Part shown: in pieces, positions 1 through 13,404 of the stretch
How positions within the stretch are numbered: the first letter of the stretch is position 1
Layout: each line of letters opens with the position of its first letter
Source of the DNA: Eledone cirrhosa
Taxonomy: Eukaryota
Assembly (NCBI GenBank): GCA_964016885.1
Contig: OZ024743.1
Coordinates: 146,816,001-146,880,000, forward strand
Direction of reading: 5' to 3'
Length of the DNA stretch: 64,000 nt
The notes under the pieces: generated by a model
Told to the model about the DNA's origin: nothing
The model's database searches: none
The model's input: only the letters and a program-made list of their open reading frames with translations
Translations under genes and position numbers: made by a program

Positions 1-308
1 CCATTATTACCACCACCACCACCACCACCACCATCATCACCATCATTGATTTCCTCATAAGGTAGTGATGATGGGGTAAAGGGTGAAAAGTGCCATTTTT
101 TATATATTTGCTTTTCTTTTCAATATGTTCTTGGTTATGTCTTATTTAATAGCTAATCATTCCTTTATTTTGCTTTGTGTTTGTGTGTATATATATATAT
201 GAAGTATTTCTGTAGGAAGGGTAAAGGAAAATTTTCATTCTGATGAGTGATATCAGTCATCTCTGTCTTTGTGAAACCTCTGGTAAATGGAATAATTGTC
301 TTACATAA

Positions 309-340
<32 letters not shown>

Positions 341-354
341 TATATATACACACA

Positions 355-2567
355 CATCATCATCAGCATCATCATCGTTTAACGTTTATCTTCCACACTA
401 GCATAGGTTAGACGAGAGTTGTCCCAATTTGAGGCAAGATTGGTTGTCTCGCTCATATAGGACTATCTGGCAGGTTTTCTACGGCTGGATGCCCTTCCTA
501 ACACCAACCACATTTACAGTGTGGACTGGGAACTTTTTACCATGTTACCTACACGGCCACATTACAGCATGGACTGTGTGTTTTTTTCTCGTGACACCTA
601 CACGATCTCGATCTCGATCTCATTATCTCATTAATTTGGACTGGATGTTGTGGTACCAACTTTACAGAGAAAGGATGGTGTTGGTGGGCGTGGGAGGGTG
701 GAGTAGGGGTAGTGGGATGGGGTGCATACTTACTGTAGGTTTCGCTTTGTATATAGGCAAGGCGGCTCTTCTGTATTACTGCGTGGTGCCAAAGATCTCG
801 GTCCAGTGACATTATCTTGGAGAGGTGTAAGTGTGTAAGGTCGGAATTTATCAAATCGTCCTAGGTTTTTCTGGGTCTACCTATTCCGTAATTTCCATCA
901 ATTTTCATCGCCCTGCACTTTTTTATACAGCTGTCGTCTTTTATGTGCATCACGTGACCATACCAACGCAGTCTTCTCTCAAGTAAACAGCATCTGATCC
1001 TTCTTATTCCTAATTTCTCACTTAGTTCATTTATGTTTTGCCGTTCACGTATATTACTATTACACATCCAACAGAGCATGCATGCTTCGTTCCTTTCCAG
1101 TCTGCACAGGTCCTCTGCACACAATGCCCATGTCTCACTGCCATGTAACATTGCTGTTTGAACACAGGCATCATACAATCTGCCTTTCATTTTTAGAGAG
1201 AAACCTTTTGTGGCCAACAGTGGTATAAGCTCTCTGAACTTTTTCCATCCCGTTCTGATTCTGGCTACTGTACTTTCAGAGCACCCTCCACCACTGCTGA
1301 TTTTGTCACTCAGGTAACGGAAAGTGTCCACTATTTCTATAGAACCATCTGGGCAATAGAAGGAGCTAGTATCCTGTGGGTACTTGCTACTTATTGCACC
1401 TGAGCATCGGCCACATATAAAATCTATGTTCTTAGATAGCTTACCTGTGACCCCACTACATCTTTTATGTACACATAGTTTACATTTGGGACATAAAATG
1501 AAATTTCTACCTACTCCTTTCCTACACATTGAGCATGGCCATTTCTCAGAGAGAACCTGTGCCCTATTTTCCTTTCTACATACTAAAATTTTAGTCTTAG
1601 ACAAGTTAACTTTAAGGCCTTTTGATTCTAGGCCATGCTTCCATGTTTGGAATTTCTTCTCTAGTTCAGCCATAGATTCAGCTATGAGAGTTAGATCATC
1701 TGCGTATAGAAGTTCCCATGGGCAGCTGGTCTTACATTCCTCTGTTATAGCCTGAAGGGCAATAATAAATAGGAGGGGGCTAAGGACAGAGCCTTGATGA
1801 ACACCGACTTTTACACTAATTTCTTCACTATATTCATTGTTAATTCTAACCTTACTGACTGTTTCTTTATACATGGCTTGTATAGCTCCCACAAGCCATT
1901 CATCTACACCTAGTTTTCTAAGAGCCCACCAGATAATGGAGCAGGGGACTCTGTCAAAGGCTTTCTCCAGGTCTACAAAAGCCTAAGTAGAGGGGTTTAC
2001 TTTTAGCTAGGTACTTCTCCTGTAGTTGTCGTACAAGGAAAAGAGCGTCTGTGGTACTTTTACCTGACACAAACCCAAACTGCATTTCATCTAGATCAAT
2101 TCGATCTCTGATTAGTTGTGCTATAACTCTTTCTGTGACCTTCATGACCTGGTTAACTAACTTAATGCCTCTATAGTTTCCTCTATCTAGAGCATCTCCT
2201 TTATCCTTGTAGCAGTTAATGATGCTGCTGCTACGCTAGTCATTTGGTATGACCCCATTCTGTATTACTTGGTTTACTATCCAGGTGACCATAGTATGTC
2301 CCACCATTCCAGATGCTTTCAACATCTCAGCAACTATCTCTGAAGGCCCAGCTGCCTTGCCTGTCTTCATATCTTTGATTGCCTTACTTATTATACTACC
2401 TTTAGTTTGCGCTGCTGGTCCTTCTATTGGATCAGTTTGGGGCAGACTATGTTTTCCCATTTATTCTCCTCATTTAGTAGTCTCTCGTAGTGACACTTCC
2501 AAGCTTCCTTCTTATCAGTATCAGTGATAGCAAGTACACCATTAGCATTACGGACACACTTCTCCCC
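355..2567 (-). mobile_element. RTE-clade non-LTR retrotransposon, 5'-truncated, degenerate
   Basis: Minus-strand RT fragments (KAAGPSEIVAEML, MQFGFVSGKSTTDALF, QGSVLSPLLF, YADD, RRLRWYGHV, GRPRKT) broken by stops and frameshifts. The 3' UTR ends in an (ATG)n tail, seen as (CAT)n at ~355-378. Same family as 50248-52202. Confidence 0.92.
861..2460 (-). pseudogene. RTE reverse transcriptase ORF, fragmented
   Basis: ORFs 2236-2460, 1954-2145 and 861-1892 are consecutive pieces of one RT protein. Confidence 0.88.
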
Positions 2568-2859
2568 GACAATACACACACATATATATTTATATATAGT
2601 AAAAGAAAGTGGATGTTAAATGATGAAGGTAATGTAATATAAATATATATAAACCTATATAATATATGTGTCTGTGTAACATTGTGTGTGTTTTGAATTT
2701 CATAGAATTATATTTTTCATATTTTTTTTTCATATTTTTTTCAAATTTTACTCCTTTCTATTTTCTTGATTTATTCCAATGATATAGAGAGAAAAGTGCT
2801 TGTAAGAAACCAATGAATGATGTACACATAGACACACATATACATATAAAGATAGATAC

Positions 2860-2944
2860 ATAGGTGTGTATAAATATATATATATATATACTGTATATAT
2901 ATATGTATATATATATGTATATATGTGTGTGTATATATATATAC

Positions 2945-3018
<74 letters not shown>

Positions 3019-3038
3019 GTTTATATATATATATATAT

Positions 3039-3073
<35 letters not shown>
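2860..3073. repeat. (TA)n microsatellite, interrupted
   Basis: Direct reading. It generates the spurious poly-IY ORFs. Confidence 0.97.
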
Positions 3074-3076
<3 letters not shown>

Positions 3077-3114
3077 GTACAAGCTGAAGCATATAGACAA
3101 TATGCCCCACACCC

Positions 3115-3393
3115 TCCCACTGCAAAGTGGTCATGGAGGTGCCATGGCAAAAAAGCACCCTGCCCACACTGTAAAGTGGACGTGTAGGAGCCATGGAAAA
3201 AAGCACCCAGCACTCACTGTAAATGAGGTTGGTGTTAGGAAGGGCATCCAGCTGTAGAGATCAAGTCAAAATCAGTTCCTGTATGAGCAAGGCATGGTCA
3301 GCCGACCAGACACTGCCCACACTAGGACAACCCGTCTAACCCATGCTAGCATGGAAGAACGGACGTAAAACGGTGATGATGATGATGATGATG

Positions 3394-3395
<2 letters not shown>
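3115..3395 (+). mobile_element. Non-autonomous element sharing the RTE 3' tail (SINE-like)
   Basis: Internal repeats CACTGTAAAGTGG...AAAAAGCACCC, then GTTAGGAAGGGCATCCAGCTGTAG, then AACCCATGCTAGCATGGAA...CGGTGATGATGATG, matching the RTE 3' UTR. Confidence 0.7.
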
Positions 3396-3670
<275 letters not shown>

Positions 3671-4133
3671 ATAAGCAATAAAGAAAAAAAATTGTGTGTG
3701 AAAGAGAAAGGGGAAAGGGGTGGATATAATAAATTCATCTCTTCAGTTAACAGGCCTAAAGGTTGAGTAATTATAAAACAAAAGAGGAAAGAAATGAAGA
3801 AATAATAGTAATACAAAACATAATAAAACAACAAATAAGAAACGAACCCCTTCCTCGCCTAAAAAAAATGAACAAGTGTCTATAACAGAAGCTGAGGCCA
3901 TGGTACTTAATTTGGTATGAAATAGAAGTGGATTGTAGATGTGATTAGGGTCCTGGCATATTCACTTGTTTTAACCATATACTAGATTCTGTGGAAAGAA
4001 TAAAAAATAAGACAACACTACAAATAAGATCTACAAAAAACAAAACAAAAGAGAACAAACAAAATGTGAAGGCCGTTATTCATTATTAGCATTATTGTTA
4101 TTATTATTACTACTACTATTATTATTATTATAG

Positions 4134-6838
4134 ACAGGGACTCGGCTACTGGAAACTAAACGCGTCGTTAACAGCGCGCAAAGCATACTGAGACTGGATT
4201 AGCGAATTAGTTAAGCGGCCGTTGACAAGGGCCATTGTCAACAACGAATGGTGGTTTGCCCTGAAAAGAGCGATTAGAATAGAATCCATTAGGTTTAGTA
4301 AAGCACTAGTAACAGAGAAAAATAGAGCAGAAGCAAATCTAGTTAAGAAATTAGGCGAGGCGCTTAGTAAAGGCATCGCGACCGACGTGCTTGTGGCGAA
4401 ATTGGCTTTCGACCAATTTTTCAACGCTAAGCACGATGGTTGCATTGTCAGAACTAGGGTGCGTGCAGTCAGACACGAGGGGACAAAAGCCGTTCAATGG
4501 GCCCGGGTGGCGGAGGCGCGTCATGGCAACAAACCCATGATCTGGACTTTGGCGAACCCCGACGGGCACATATTCAATCCCGGGCAGATGTGTGCAACTT
4601 TTCAACAGCACTTTGCTCAGCTGTTCGGGGGCAATGGCGAGCTGCAATGTGGAATGGACTTCAGTGCCTATCTCGATGAACTGCTGCGCTCTCGGCCACT
4701 GAGGCGGAGTGTTGTGAAAGGCCGATAACAGCTGCTGAAGTACGGGAGGCAATGACTAGCTGCACAATGGATAAATCGCCTGGATTGGATGGTGTGCCCT
4801 ACGAATTTTTCATACATATGCCAGACTTGTTGGAAGACCTCTTGGCAGACATCTACTGCAACTGGCAACAGAACGGGAGAATTCCCAGCTCTGTGAGCCG
4901 AGGAGCGGTGGCGCTGCTGAGAAAGGATCTGAACAAGGGGGATAACATAGAAAATTTCAAGCCCATAACTCTGCTAAACACAGACTTCAAGATCTTGGTT
5001 AAGGTGCTAGCAAAGAGGTTGGCGCTTGCCGTTGGTCGTCTGGTGGGAGAGGCGCAAATATGTGCCATTCCAGACAGATCCATCCATGACAACCTCCACC
5101 TTATGCGATACATCGTAGAGAGGGTAGCTAGGTAACCGGGAATGGGTGGGTCTTTGATCAATTTAGATCAGTCGAAAGCTTTCGATAGGGTTGACCATCG
5201 TTATCTGGCACAGTGCTAAGAGCAGCTGGATTTGGGCCTGTCTTCAGAGGCTGGATTTCTGCCATGCACAGCGACATCTGCTCTGTGGTGAGAGTGAACG
5301 GTCACCTTTTGGAACCGTTCAACATCATGCGCTCGATCTGCCAGGGATGTCCTCTCTCATCTTTGTTGTACGTATTGACTCTTGAGCCATTACTGCACAA
5401 ACTGGAGACATTGAGGGGGATCCCACGTGAACTAGGATGCGGAAGAACAGTGTCAGCTTATGCAGACGACATCACCGTAGTGGTGTCAAACACCAAACAC
5501 ATCGAGGCAATCGGTACCACACTAAGAAAATACGAGGTAGTGACAGGAGCAATGATCAACCAGGAAAAATCAGTAGGCTTGTAACTCGGCACCTGGAGAG
5601 GCAGGTCCATGCTGCCCAACAGCGTCGTAGGGCGCTGGACGCCGAACCGGTTAAATTGCTAGGGTCTGGTTCGGTCCGGACCTCCAGACAGACAAAAACT
5701 GGGAGGAGGTCACGAGCAAGGTGTTTTCTCTCACCCAGAAATAGGCCGAGAAGAAGCGATCCCTGAAAGGTCGAATAGAGGTGGTGAATGCGTACATCGT
5801 GTCCGTCATCTACTACCGCCTGACCGTCGTGCCTTGTCCTAAGCCTCGCCTGACTGCATTGGAGAATTTGCTCTTTCGCTTTTTGTGGGAGGCACGTGCT
5901 TCGATGGTCAGGCGGAGGGCTGGGCATGCCGTGGCTGATGATGCGCAGACATGCGCTCAGGCTACAGCATCTCCACCTCTTCCTCGACGGTGATCAGGTG
6001 TGGTCGCCCTTTGCTAGACACATGTTTCCCCAGCTTGTCTCCTTGGCGGAGCTGCAGTCCTGGGTCAAGCGAAGACTGAGAAGAAGCGCTTGGAGACTAG
6101 AATGTCTTCAGGCGCTTACAGCCCTCGACCAGTCGAGCAATACAATCGCTGGAAACTCTACCTTGGCTTTCTATAGAGGATTAGTGGAAGGAAAGAGCAA
6201 CGACGTCCTTGGGGAGACTCTAGGCGTCGACAAAAACCAACTAGCATATCTCTTCAGGAGAACTTTCGGCTCGGGGCTCATGGACAACTTCCAGAAATCC
6301 CTGGCCTGGCAGTGCTACCGAGGAGCCCCGCCACCTTCTTTTAACCGAGAAGGGCAGACAGTTTTTATCTGCCTGGTGGCATGGTAAAAGAGATTGTATG
6401 GTGGACACTTCTGAAAGGGTTGAGGACCGGTACTTTCCTCTTCGGTGACACCCTCATTAACTTTTTCAGGTTTCACCTGAAGAGGAAAATCAGGGTGGAG
6501 AGGGAAGTGCTGACCTCCAGCCAGTTTGTTGAAAGGTGGGTGAGAGAGGCAAGAATGGCCCGTGTAAATGGGTCTACCCTGAGTGTGTGCCTGTAGCATT
6601 GTAGGAGGAAAACTGGAAGAGGGCATTTGCCCTAGCGGTCAGGGTAACCGTGGCTTTTCTTGTGGGCTTTCTCCATGATCAACTCTCGGAGGTTTTCCCC
6701 TTATTAGAAATTTTTCTTTGTTTCCTTTTGTCACACACTGTTTTTGTTTTTTTTACACACAGAAATGCCTATCTGTATTGTCCTGTGTTGTCCTTAATGT
6801 TATACTTTGTGTCAACCCTTGTGGTTAATAAAAAAAAG
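4134..6838 (+). mobile_element. L1/Tx1-type LINE, 5'-truncated, degenerate
   Basis: RT motifs KSPGLDG, FKPITLLNTDFKILVKVLAKRL, LDQSKAFDRV, QGCPLSSLLYVLTLEPLL, SAYADD and GGLGMP. The 3' UTR ends GTGGTTAATAAAAAAAA. Confidence 0.9.
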
Positions 6839-6848
6839 CATTATTATT

Positions 6849-7488
6849 CTTCGACGCAAAACACGAAGGCTGCGTTGTCAGAGCTAGAGTGCGTGCTCTG
6901 AAACATGAGGGGACGAAAGCCGTGCAATGGGCCCGGGTGGCAGAGGCATGACGTGGCAACAAATCCACAATTCAGTCTTTGTCTGGCCAAAACGGGCAGG
7001 CAGTTTTTATGTGTCTAGGGGCCATGGCGAAAGAGATAGTATGGTGGACACGTTTGAAAGGGCTGAAGACGAGCACTTACCTCTTCGGTGATACCCTGAT
7101 TAACTTTTTCAAATTTCATTTGAAAAGGAAAATCAGGGTAGAGAGGGAAGTGCTCTCTTCCCAGCTTTTTGTTGAAAGATGGGTGAGAGAAGCAAGAATG
7201 GCTCGAGTGAATGGGCCTACTCTGAGTATGTGTCTGTAAATTAAAGGTGGAAAACTGGGAGAGGGCACTTGCCTTGGTGGTCAGGGTCACTGTGGCCCTT
7301 TACTGGGCTTTCTCCACAAATGTCCCTCCGAAGTCTCCCCCTATTGGGGAATTTTTCATTGTTATTTTTTTGTTACATCCTCTGTTTTTGTTTTTTACAC
7401 GCAGAAATGCCCATTTGTACCGTCCTGTATTGTCCTGCACTGTCCTTAATGTCTACTTTATGTAAACCCTTGTGGTTAATAAAGAAAT
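6849..7488 (+). mobile_element. Internally deleted L1/Tx1-type copy
   Basis: 6849-6980 matches the region near 4420-4550 of the first copy and is joined directly to the ORF C-terminus (AVFMCLGAMAKEIVWW...LSMCL*) and the 3' UTR ending TAATAAAG. Confidence 0.82.
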
Positions 7489-7564
7489 CATTATTATTAC
7501 TAATGTCTTTATTATTACTATTACTATTATCATCATTATTATCAATTGGGTATTATGAGTGGTA

Positions 7565-10440
7565 GTGAAAGTCCACCCTAGCGTTCTGTAGAGGGTTAGT
7601 GGCAACCCCCCCCCCGTCACTAAAAAAAAAAAACGATGTCCTTGGGGCGACTCTGGGCTTTGACAAAAATCAACTTTTTTCTTAGAGAACTTTCGGGTGA
7701 GGTCTTATGGACAACTTTCAGAAATTCCTGGCCTGGCAGTGCTACTGAGGAGCTTTGCCAGTTCGAGATAAACTCTAGGGGCATAGAAATGCCATCAGCC
7801 AGGCCTGTTCAAGGTGTGCGCATGGTGATGAAACTGTCCTGCATGAACTCATTGAGTGTCCGAGTATTGCTGACCTGTGGGTTTATGTCGAGCACCTGCT
7901 GTCACATGTAGGATGGATCCGACAATCAACTGAGTCCATTGTTAAGATTGCCCCACCATCTTCCATTAGAGGAGATGGACTGGCAGTTTATATCTGCCAT
8001 GGTGAAAGAGGTCATGTGGTGGACGTGTTTGAAAGGGTTGAAGGCAGCCACTTTCCTCTTCAGCGAAGCCCTGATTAACTTTTTCAGGTTTCATTTGAAG
8101 AGTGGCGAGGGAAGTGCTGCCTTCTAACCAGTTTATTGAAAGGTGGGTAAGAGTGGCGAGGGAAGTGCTGCCTTCTAACCAGTTTATTGAAAGGAGGGTA
8201 AGAGTGGCGAGGGAAGTGCTGCCTTCTAACCAGTTTATTGAAAGGAGGGTAAGAGTGGCGAGGGAAGTGCTGCCTTCTAACCAGTTTATTGAAAGGTGGG
8301 TAAGAGTGGCGGGGGAAGTGCTCCCTTCTAACCAGTTTATTGAAAGGTGGGTAAGAGTGGCGAGGGAAGTGCTGCCTTCTAACCAGTTTATTGAAAGGAG
8401 GGTAAGAGTGGCGAGGGAAGTGCTGCCTTCTAACCAGTTTATTGAAAGGAGGGTAAGAGTGGCGAGGGAAGTGCTGCCTTCTAACCAGTTTATTGAAAGG
8501 TGGGTAAGAGTGGCGGGGGAAGTGCTCCCTTCTAACCAGTTTATTGAAAGGTGGGTAAGAGTGGCAAGGGAAGTGCTGCCTTCTAACCAGTTTATTGAAA
8601 GGTGGGTAAGAGTGGCAAGGGAAGTGCTGCCTTCTAACCAGTTTATTGAAAGGTGGGTAAGAGTGGCGGGGGAAGTGCTGCCTTCTAACCAGTTTATTGA
8701 AAGGTGGGTAAGAGTGGCAAGGGAAGTGCTGCCTTCTAACCAGTTTATTGAAAGGTGGGTAAGAGTGGCAAGGGAAGTGCTGCCTTCTAACCAGTTTATT
8801 GAAAGGTGGGTAGGAGTGGCGAGGGAAGTGCTGCCTTCTAACCAGTTTATTGAAAGGAGGGTAAGAGTGGCAAGGGTAGTGCTGCCTTCTAACCAGTTTA
8901 TTGAAAGGTGGGTAAGAGTGGCGAGGGAAGTGCTGCCTTCTAACCAGTTTATTGAAAGGAGGGTAAGAGTAGCAAGGGTAGTGCTGCCTTCTAACCAGTT
9001 TATTGAAAGGAGGGTAAGAGTGGCGAGGGAAGTGCTTTTCTAACCAGTTTATTGAAAGGTGGGTAGGAGTGGCGAGGGAAGTGCTGCCTTCTAACCAGTT
9101 TATTGAAAGGTGGGTAAGAGTGGCGAGGGAAGTGCTGCCTTCTAACCAGTTTATTGAAAGGAGGGTAAGAGTGGCAAGGGTAGTGCTGCCTTCTAACCAG
9201 TTTATTGAAGGAGGGTAAGAGTGGCGAGGGAAGTGCTGCCTTCTAACCAGTTTATTGAAAGGTGGGTAGGAGTGGCGAGGGAAGTGCTGCCTTCTAACCA
9301 GTTTATTGAAAGGTGGGTAAGAGTGGCAAGGGAAGTGCTGCCTTCTAACCAGTTTATTGAAAGGTGGGTAGGAGTGGCGAGGGAAGTGCTGCCTTCTAAC
9401 CAGTTTATTGAAAGGAGGGTAAGAGTGACGAGGGAAGTGCTGCCTTCTAACCAGTTTATTGAAAGGTGGGTAGGAGTGGCGAGGGAAGTGCTGCCTTCTA
9501 ACCAGTTTATTGAAAGGTGGGTAAGAGTGGCGAGGGAAGTGCTGCCTTCTAACCAGTTTATTGAAAGGTGGGTAAGAGTGGCGAGCATGTGCTGCCTTCT
9601 AACCAGTTTATTGAAAGGTGGGTAAGAGTGGCGAGGGAAGTGCTGCCTTCTAACCAGTTTATTGAAAGGTGGGTAGGAGTGGCGAGGGAAGTGCTGCCTT
9701 CTAACCAGTTTATTGAAAGGTGGGTAGGAGTGGCGAGGGAAGTGCTGCCTTCTAACCAGTTTATTGAAAGGTGGGTAGGAGTGGCGAGGGAAGTGCTGCC
9801 TTCTAACCAGTTTATTGAAAGGAGGGTAAGAGTGGCGAGGGAAGTGCTGCCTTCTAACCAGTTTATTGAAAGGTGGGTAGGAGTGGCGAGGGAAGTGCTG
9901 CCTTCTAACCAGTTTATTGAAAGGTGGGTAAGAGTGGCGAGGATGTACTGCCTTCTAACCAGTTTATTGAAAGGAGGGTAAGAGTGGCGAGGGAAGTGCT
10001 GCCTTCTAACCAGTTTATTGAAAGGTGGGTAGGAGTGGCGAGGGAAGTGCTGCCTTCTAACCAGTTTATTGAAAGGTGGGTAAGAGTGGCGAGGGAAGTG
10101 CTGCCTTCTAACCAGTTTATTGAAAGGTGGGTAGGAGTGGCGAGGGAAATGCTGCCTTCTAACCAGTTTATTGAAAGGTGGGTAGGAGTGGCGAGGGAAG
10201 TGCTGCCTTCTAACCAGTTTATTGGAAGGAGGGTAAGAGTGGCGAGGGAAGTGCTGCCTTCTAACCAGTTTATTGAAAGGTGGGTAAGAGTGGCGAGGGA
10301 AGTGCTGCCTTCTAACCAGTTTATTGAACGGTGGGTAAGAGTGGCGAGGGAAGTGCTGCCTTCTAACCAGTTTATTGAAAGGTGGGTAAGAGTGGCGAGC
10401 ATGGTCTGTGTTAATAGGCCTGCCTTGAGCCTACACACAA
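7565..10440 (+). mobile_element. Degenerate L1/Tx1-type 3' fragment containing an expanded minisatellite
   Basis: Homologous to the ORF end of the other copies (MVKEVMWWTCLKGLK...INFFRFHLK). It resumes after the array as VASMVCVNRPALSL. Confidence 0.8.
8100..10399 (+). repeat. 51-bp tandem minisatellite, about 45 copies
   Basis: Unit GAGTGGCGAGGGAAGTGCTGCCTTCTAACCAGTTTATTGAAAGGTGGGTAA, which translates as VAREVLPSNQFIERWVR. Confidence 0.97.
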
Positions 10441-10479
10441 GCACACATATATATTTGTTAGTGTGCATGAACAACATAG

Positions 10480-10755
10480 CATGAATGAGCTAAGAGAAAA
10501 AATTGGCATAAGAAGAATCTAAGCTATTCTTTAAGAAAGAAGAATGCTGGCATGTACATGTGATGCATATGGAAGATGACAGCTGTATTAAGAAAGATAG
10601 AGAAATCTCAGTGAGTGGGATCTATGGGCGAGGTAGACATAGGAAGATATGGGATGAAGTAATGAATGTTTGCCTGAGAAAGCTGAACTTCATGATGGAG
10701 ATAACAAAGTACCATGGTGACTGGTGTAATGCAGTCCTGAAGAAGACCTGTCCAT
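10480..10755 (+). mobile_element. Old RTE LINE 3' fragment
   Basis: HVMHMEDDSCIKK...GRGRHRKIWDEV...KKTCP matches the RTE C-terminus. Confidence 0.75.
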
Positions 10756-10760
10756 AAAAA

Positions 10761-10944
10761 AATAATTGTTTCTACTTTAGGCACACGGCCAGCAATTACC
10801 CAGTGCATTACTGGTACTTTATTTTATCGACCCCGTAAGAATGAAAGGCAAAGTCAACCTCGGCGGGATTTGAACTCAGATCGTAAAGGGACGTAACTAT
10901 GCTGGAAAGCATGGCGTCCGACCCTCTACCGATACTGCCAATCC
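10761..10944 (-). mobile_element. tRNA-derived SINE (family A)
   Basis: Reverse complement reads GGATTGGCAGTATCGGTAG...GAGTTCAAATCCCGCCGAGG (B box)...GGGGTCGATAAAATAAAGTACCAG...AAAGTAGAAACAATTATT. Many near-identical copies occur in the window. Confidence 0.88.
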
Positions 10945-11539
10945 AAAAATAATGCCTCTTCATTTCTACCAAATATGCACTACCTCCTTCTTCAGTGCAG
11001 ATGTGACACGACCAACCCTGAGAGTTCATACTCTTCTGCCACATCAGTGTTATTTAGCAACTATTCTCATCATTACTTTATAACCCCCACTCTATCTGAG
11101 ATTACCCACTCTTATTGTGTTAAATACTACCACACTTGTCATAGCTCTCTAGTAACTATTCTCTTCATCACTGTACTTCAACTCTATCTGTGATCTCTCA
11201 CTGTATCCAAGATCAATACTACCACCTCTCAACCTCTTGAATTCCACCATACTTGTCATAGCTTAGTAGCTATTCTCATTAATCCAACCCCTCAACCCTC
11301 CCCTGCTTAACCCCATCACACATATCAAACACACATGGCATCATGCTTATAACCCTTTCTTATTCACCACCCTACCTGTTGTCATACATACATGACTTCA
11401 TATTGGCCACCCTTTATAGTTGCCATGGGACAAGGCCTCCTCCTTTCTCCCGAAGGCAGGGAAGACTCTTCAGTCAAATCAATGACTGACCATCTCCCTA
11501 CTGCTGATATCACAATAAAATGACATATGCACAATGGTT

Positions 11540-11569
<30 letters not shown>

Positions 11570-11571
<2 letters not shown>

Positions 11572-12070
11572 GATTGGTGAGCCAGACTAAGCCATCATTT
11601 GCAGCATTATGGATTGCCTCCAGGCTGAGGGGACAATCTCAAACAACATGCAGCAGTGTCTGGTCAGGGTCCCCTCAGTCACATTCTGGGCTGTCTTTCA
11701 TTTTCCATCGATGGAGATAATGGGCTGTTTTGGTATGTGTTGTGTGAATTTGATTAAGGGACACCCATTGCTTTCTAGGAAGGCCAAACTCACCTGGTTT
11801 AGATGTGAGGTCCTAGACAAGGTCTTGTTTGGCTAACTTTGACTCATTCCATGATCTTCGCTACTCCTCCTTCAGATCAACGTTATTGTCCAGAAGGTTC
11901 TTTCTTTGATTCCCAGATGGTTTGTATGATTCCAAGCACATGTTGGGAAGATTATCCAGGTCTTCATGGATGGGACGGTCAGACTTGGAATTGGTAAGCA
12001 GTGCTGCTTTACGGATGATCTCCTGACACCATATGTGAGAAGGAGCTATATGAGAAAGGGTAGGCAGTCA
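11570..12070 (-). mobile_element. LINE 3' fragment with C-terminal zinc knuckle (clade uncertain)
   Basis: Minus frame reads RKQWVSLNQIHTTHTKTAHYLHRWKMKDSPECD*GDPDQTLLHVV*DCP, followed by a (TC)n tail. Confidence 0.6.
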
Positions 12071-12699
12071 TTTTGTAGGTGAAGATTTCAGTGTGTCCAA
12101 TACTATTCTTATTGTCAAGTCGAGGATGGTGTTGACTTGCTTGACATGGCAGCTCCCTTGCCAGGCCAGTGAACAGTACTCTGCAACTGTAAAGTGGTTA
12201 GCCTTAGAAAGGGGATACAGCTGTAGAAATTATGCCAATATGGTTGTAAGGACCATTCAGTAATGTCATAGACTCTGTAAAGTGGTTGCAGGTAAGCAGG
12301 CCCTCCAATTGTAGAAAATTGCCAAGTGTTGACAAGACCTTTCAGTTGTGCCAAGGGAACATTAACTTCCCTAGTACTGGTGCCATAAAACATATCCTGT
12401 ACATTTTGTAAAGTGACTGAAGTTATAAAGGACATCCAGCCATTTAAAATCTGACAAACATGGAATACATAGCCCTAGCAATCACCTTAGACCAGGTGCA
12501 ATGATAAACTGTACCCAGTATACTCTATAGTTTGTAGGAATTTATGTAAGCCCGATCCCTGGCCTGTCTGACGACCCATGTAACATATGGTAGAATGGAA
12601 AAACAGATATTACATGGGGATGATGATGATGATGATAAAGCATTATATATACATATATATCTATTTATATATATTGTATTTATGCATATATGTCATTAT

Positions 12700-13150
12700 C
12701 ATTCATTATCATTCAATGCCCATTCTTCCTCCTATGCTATCTCATTCTTATGTTCATTTTTGTTATGGTTGAATCTTCATTTTTGCTTGCTTGCAAAGGT
12801 TGCATGGGTCCTTTTCAGCACAGCATCTCTCTACTTCTCATGTTCTTTTGTCATCTCTGTGAGCTTCGGCAATTGGAGATACTCTCTCAATCCTTCTGTT
12901 CAGGTTTTTCTTGGTCTTCTTCTACTGTGCCTTCCACTTGGATTTCCTGGCACTTCCTCACCCAGCAATCTTTATCCATGCACATCACATGTCCATATCA
13001 TCACAGTCTTCTCTGTTTCCTCTTTCCAGTTTCTTTCTCATTTCATCCATACTTTGTACATTAACATTTTGCATCAATCAAAGCATGCTTGCTTTATTTC
13101 TCTCTAACCTTCACATATTCTCTGTAGTCACTGCTCATGCTGCTTTACCA
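12700..13150 (-). mobile_element. Old RTE LINE 3' fragment
   Basis: Minus frame resembles ..[23 protein letters not shown], heavily decayed. Confidence 0.6.
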
Positions 13151-13167
13151 TGCAATACACACACACT

Positions 13168-13211
<44 letters not shown>

Positions 13212-13282
13212 TATATATGTATATATGTAAAGTTATATGTGTAAACAAAGTTCTTCATACACACACACACATATATATACAG

Positions 13283-13330
<48 letters not shown>

Positions 13331-13353
13331 GCATTCATATATGTATGTGTGCA

Positions 13354-13404
<51 letters not shown>

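Noticed and set aside
8100-10399. CRISPR array or repeat-protein gene
   Set aside because: There are no unique spacers. The unit derives from the LINE ORF end and the frame is broken by indels and a stop.
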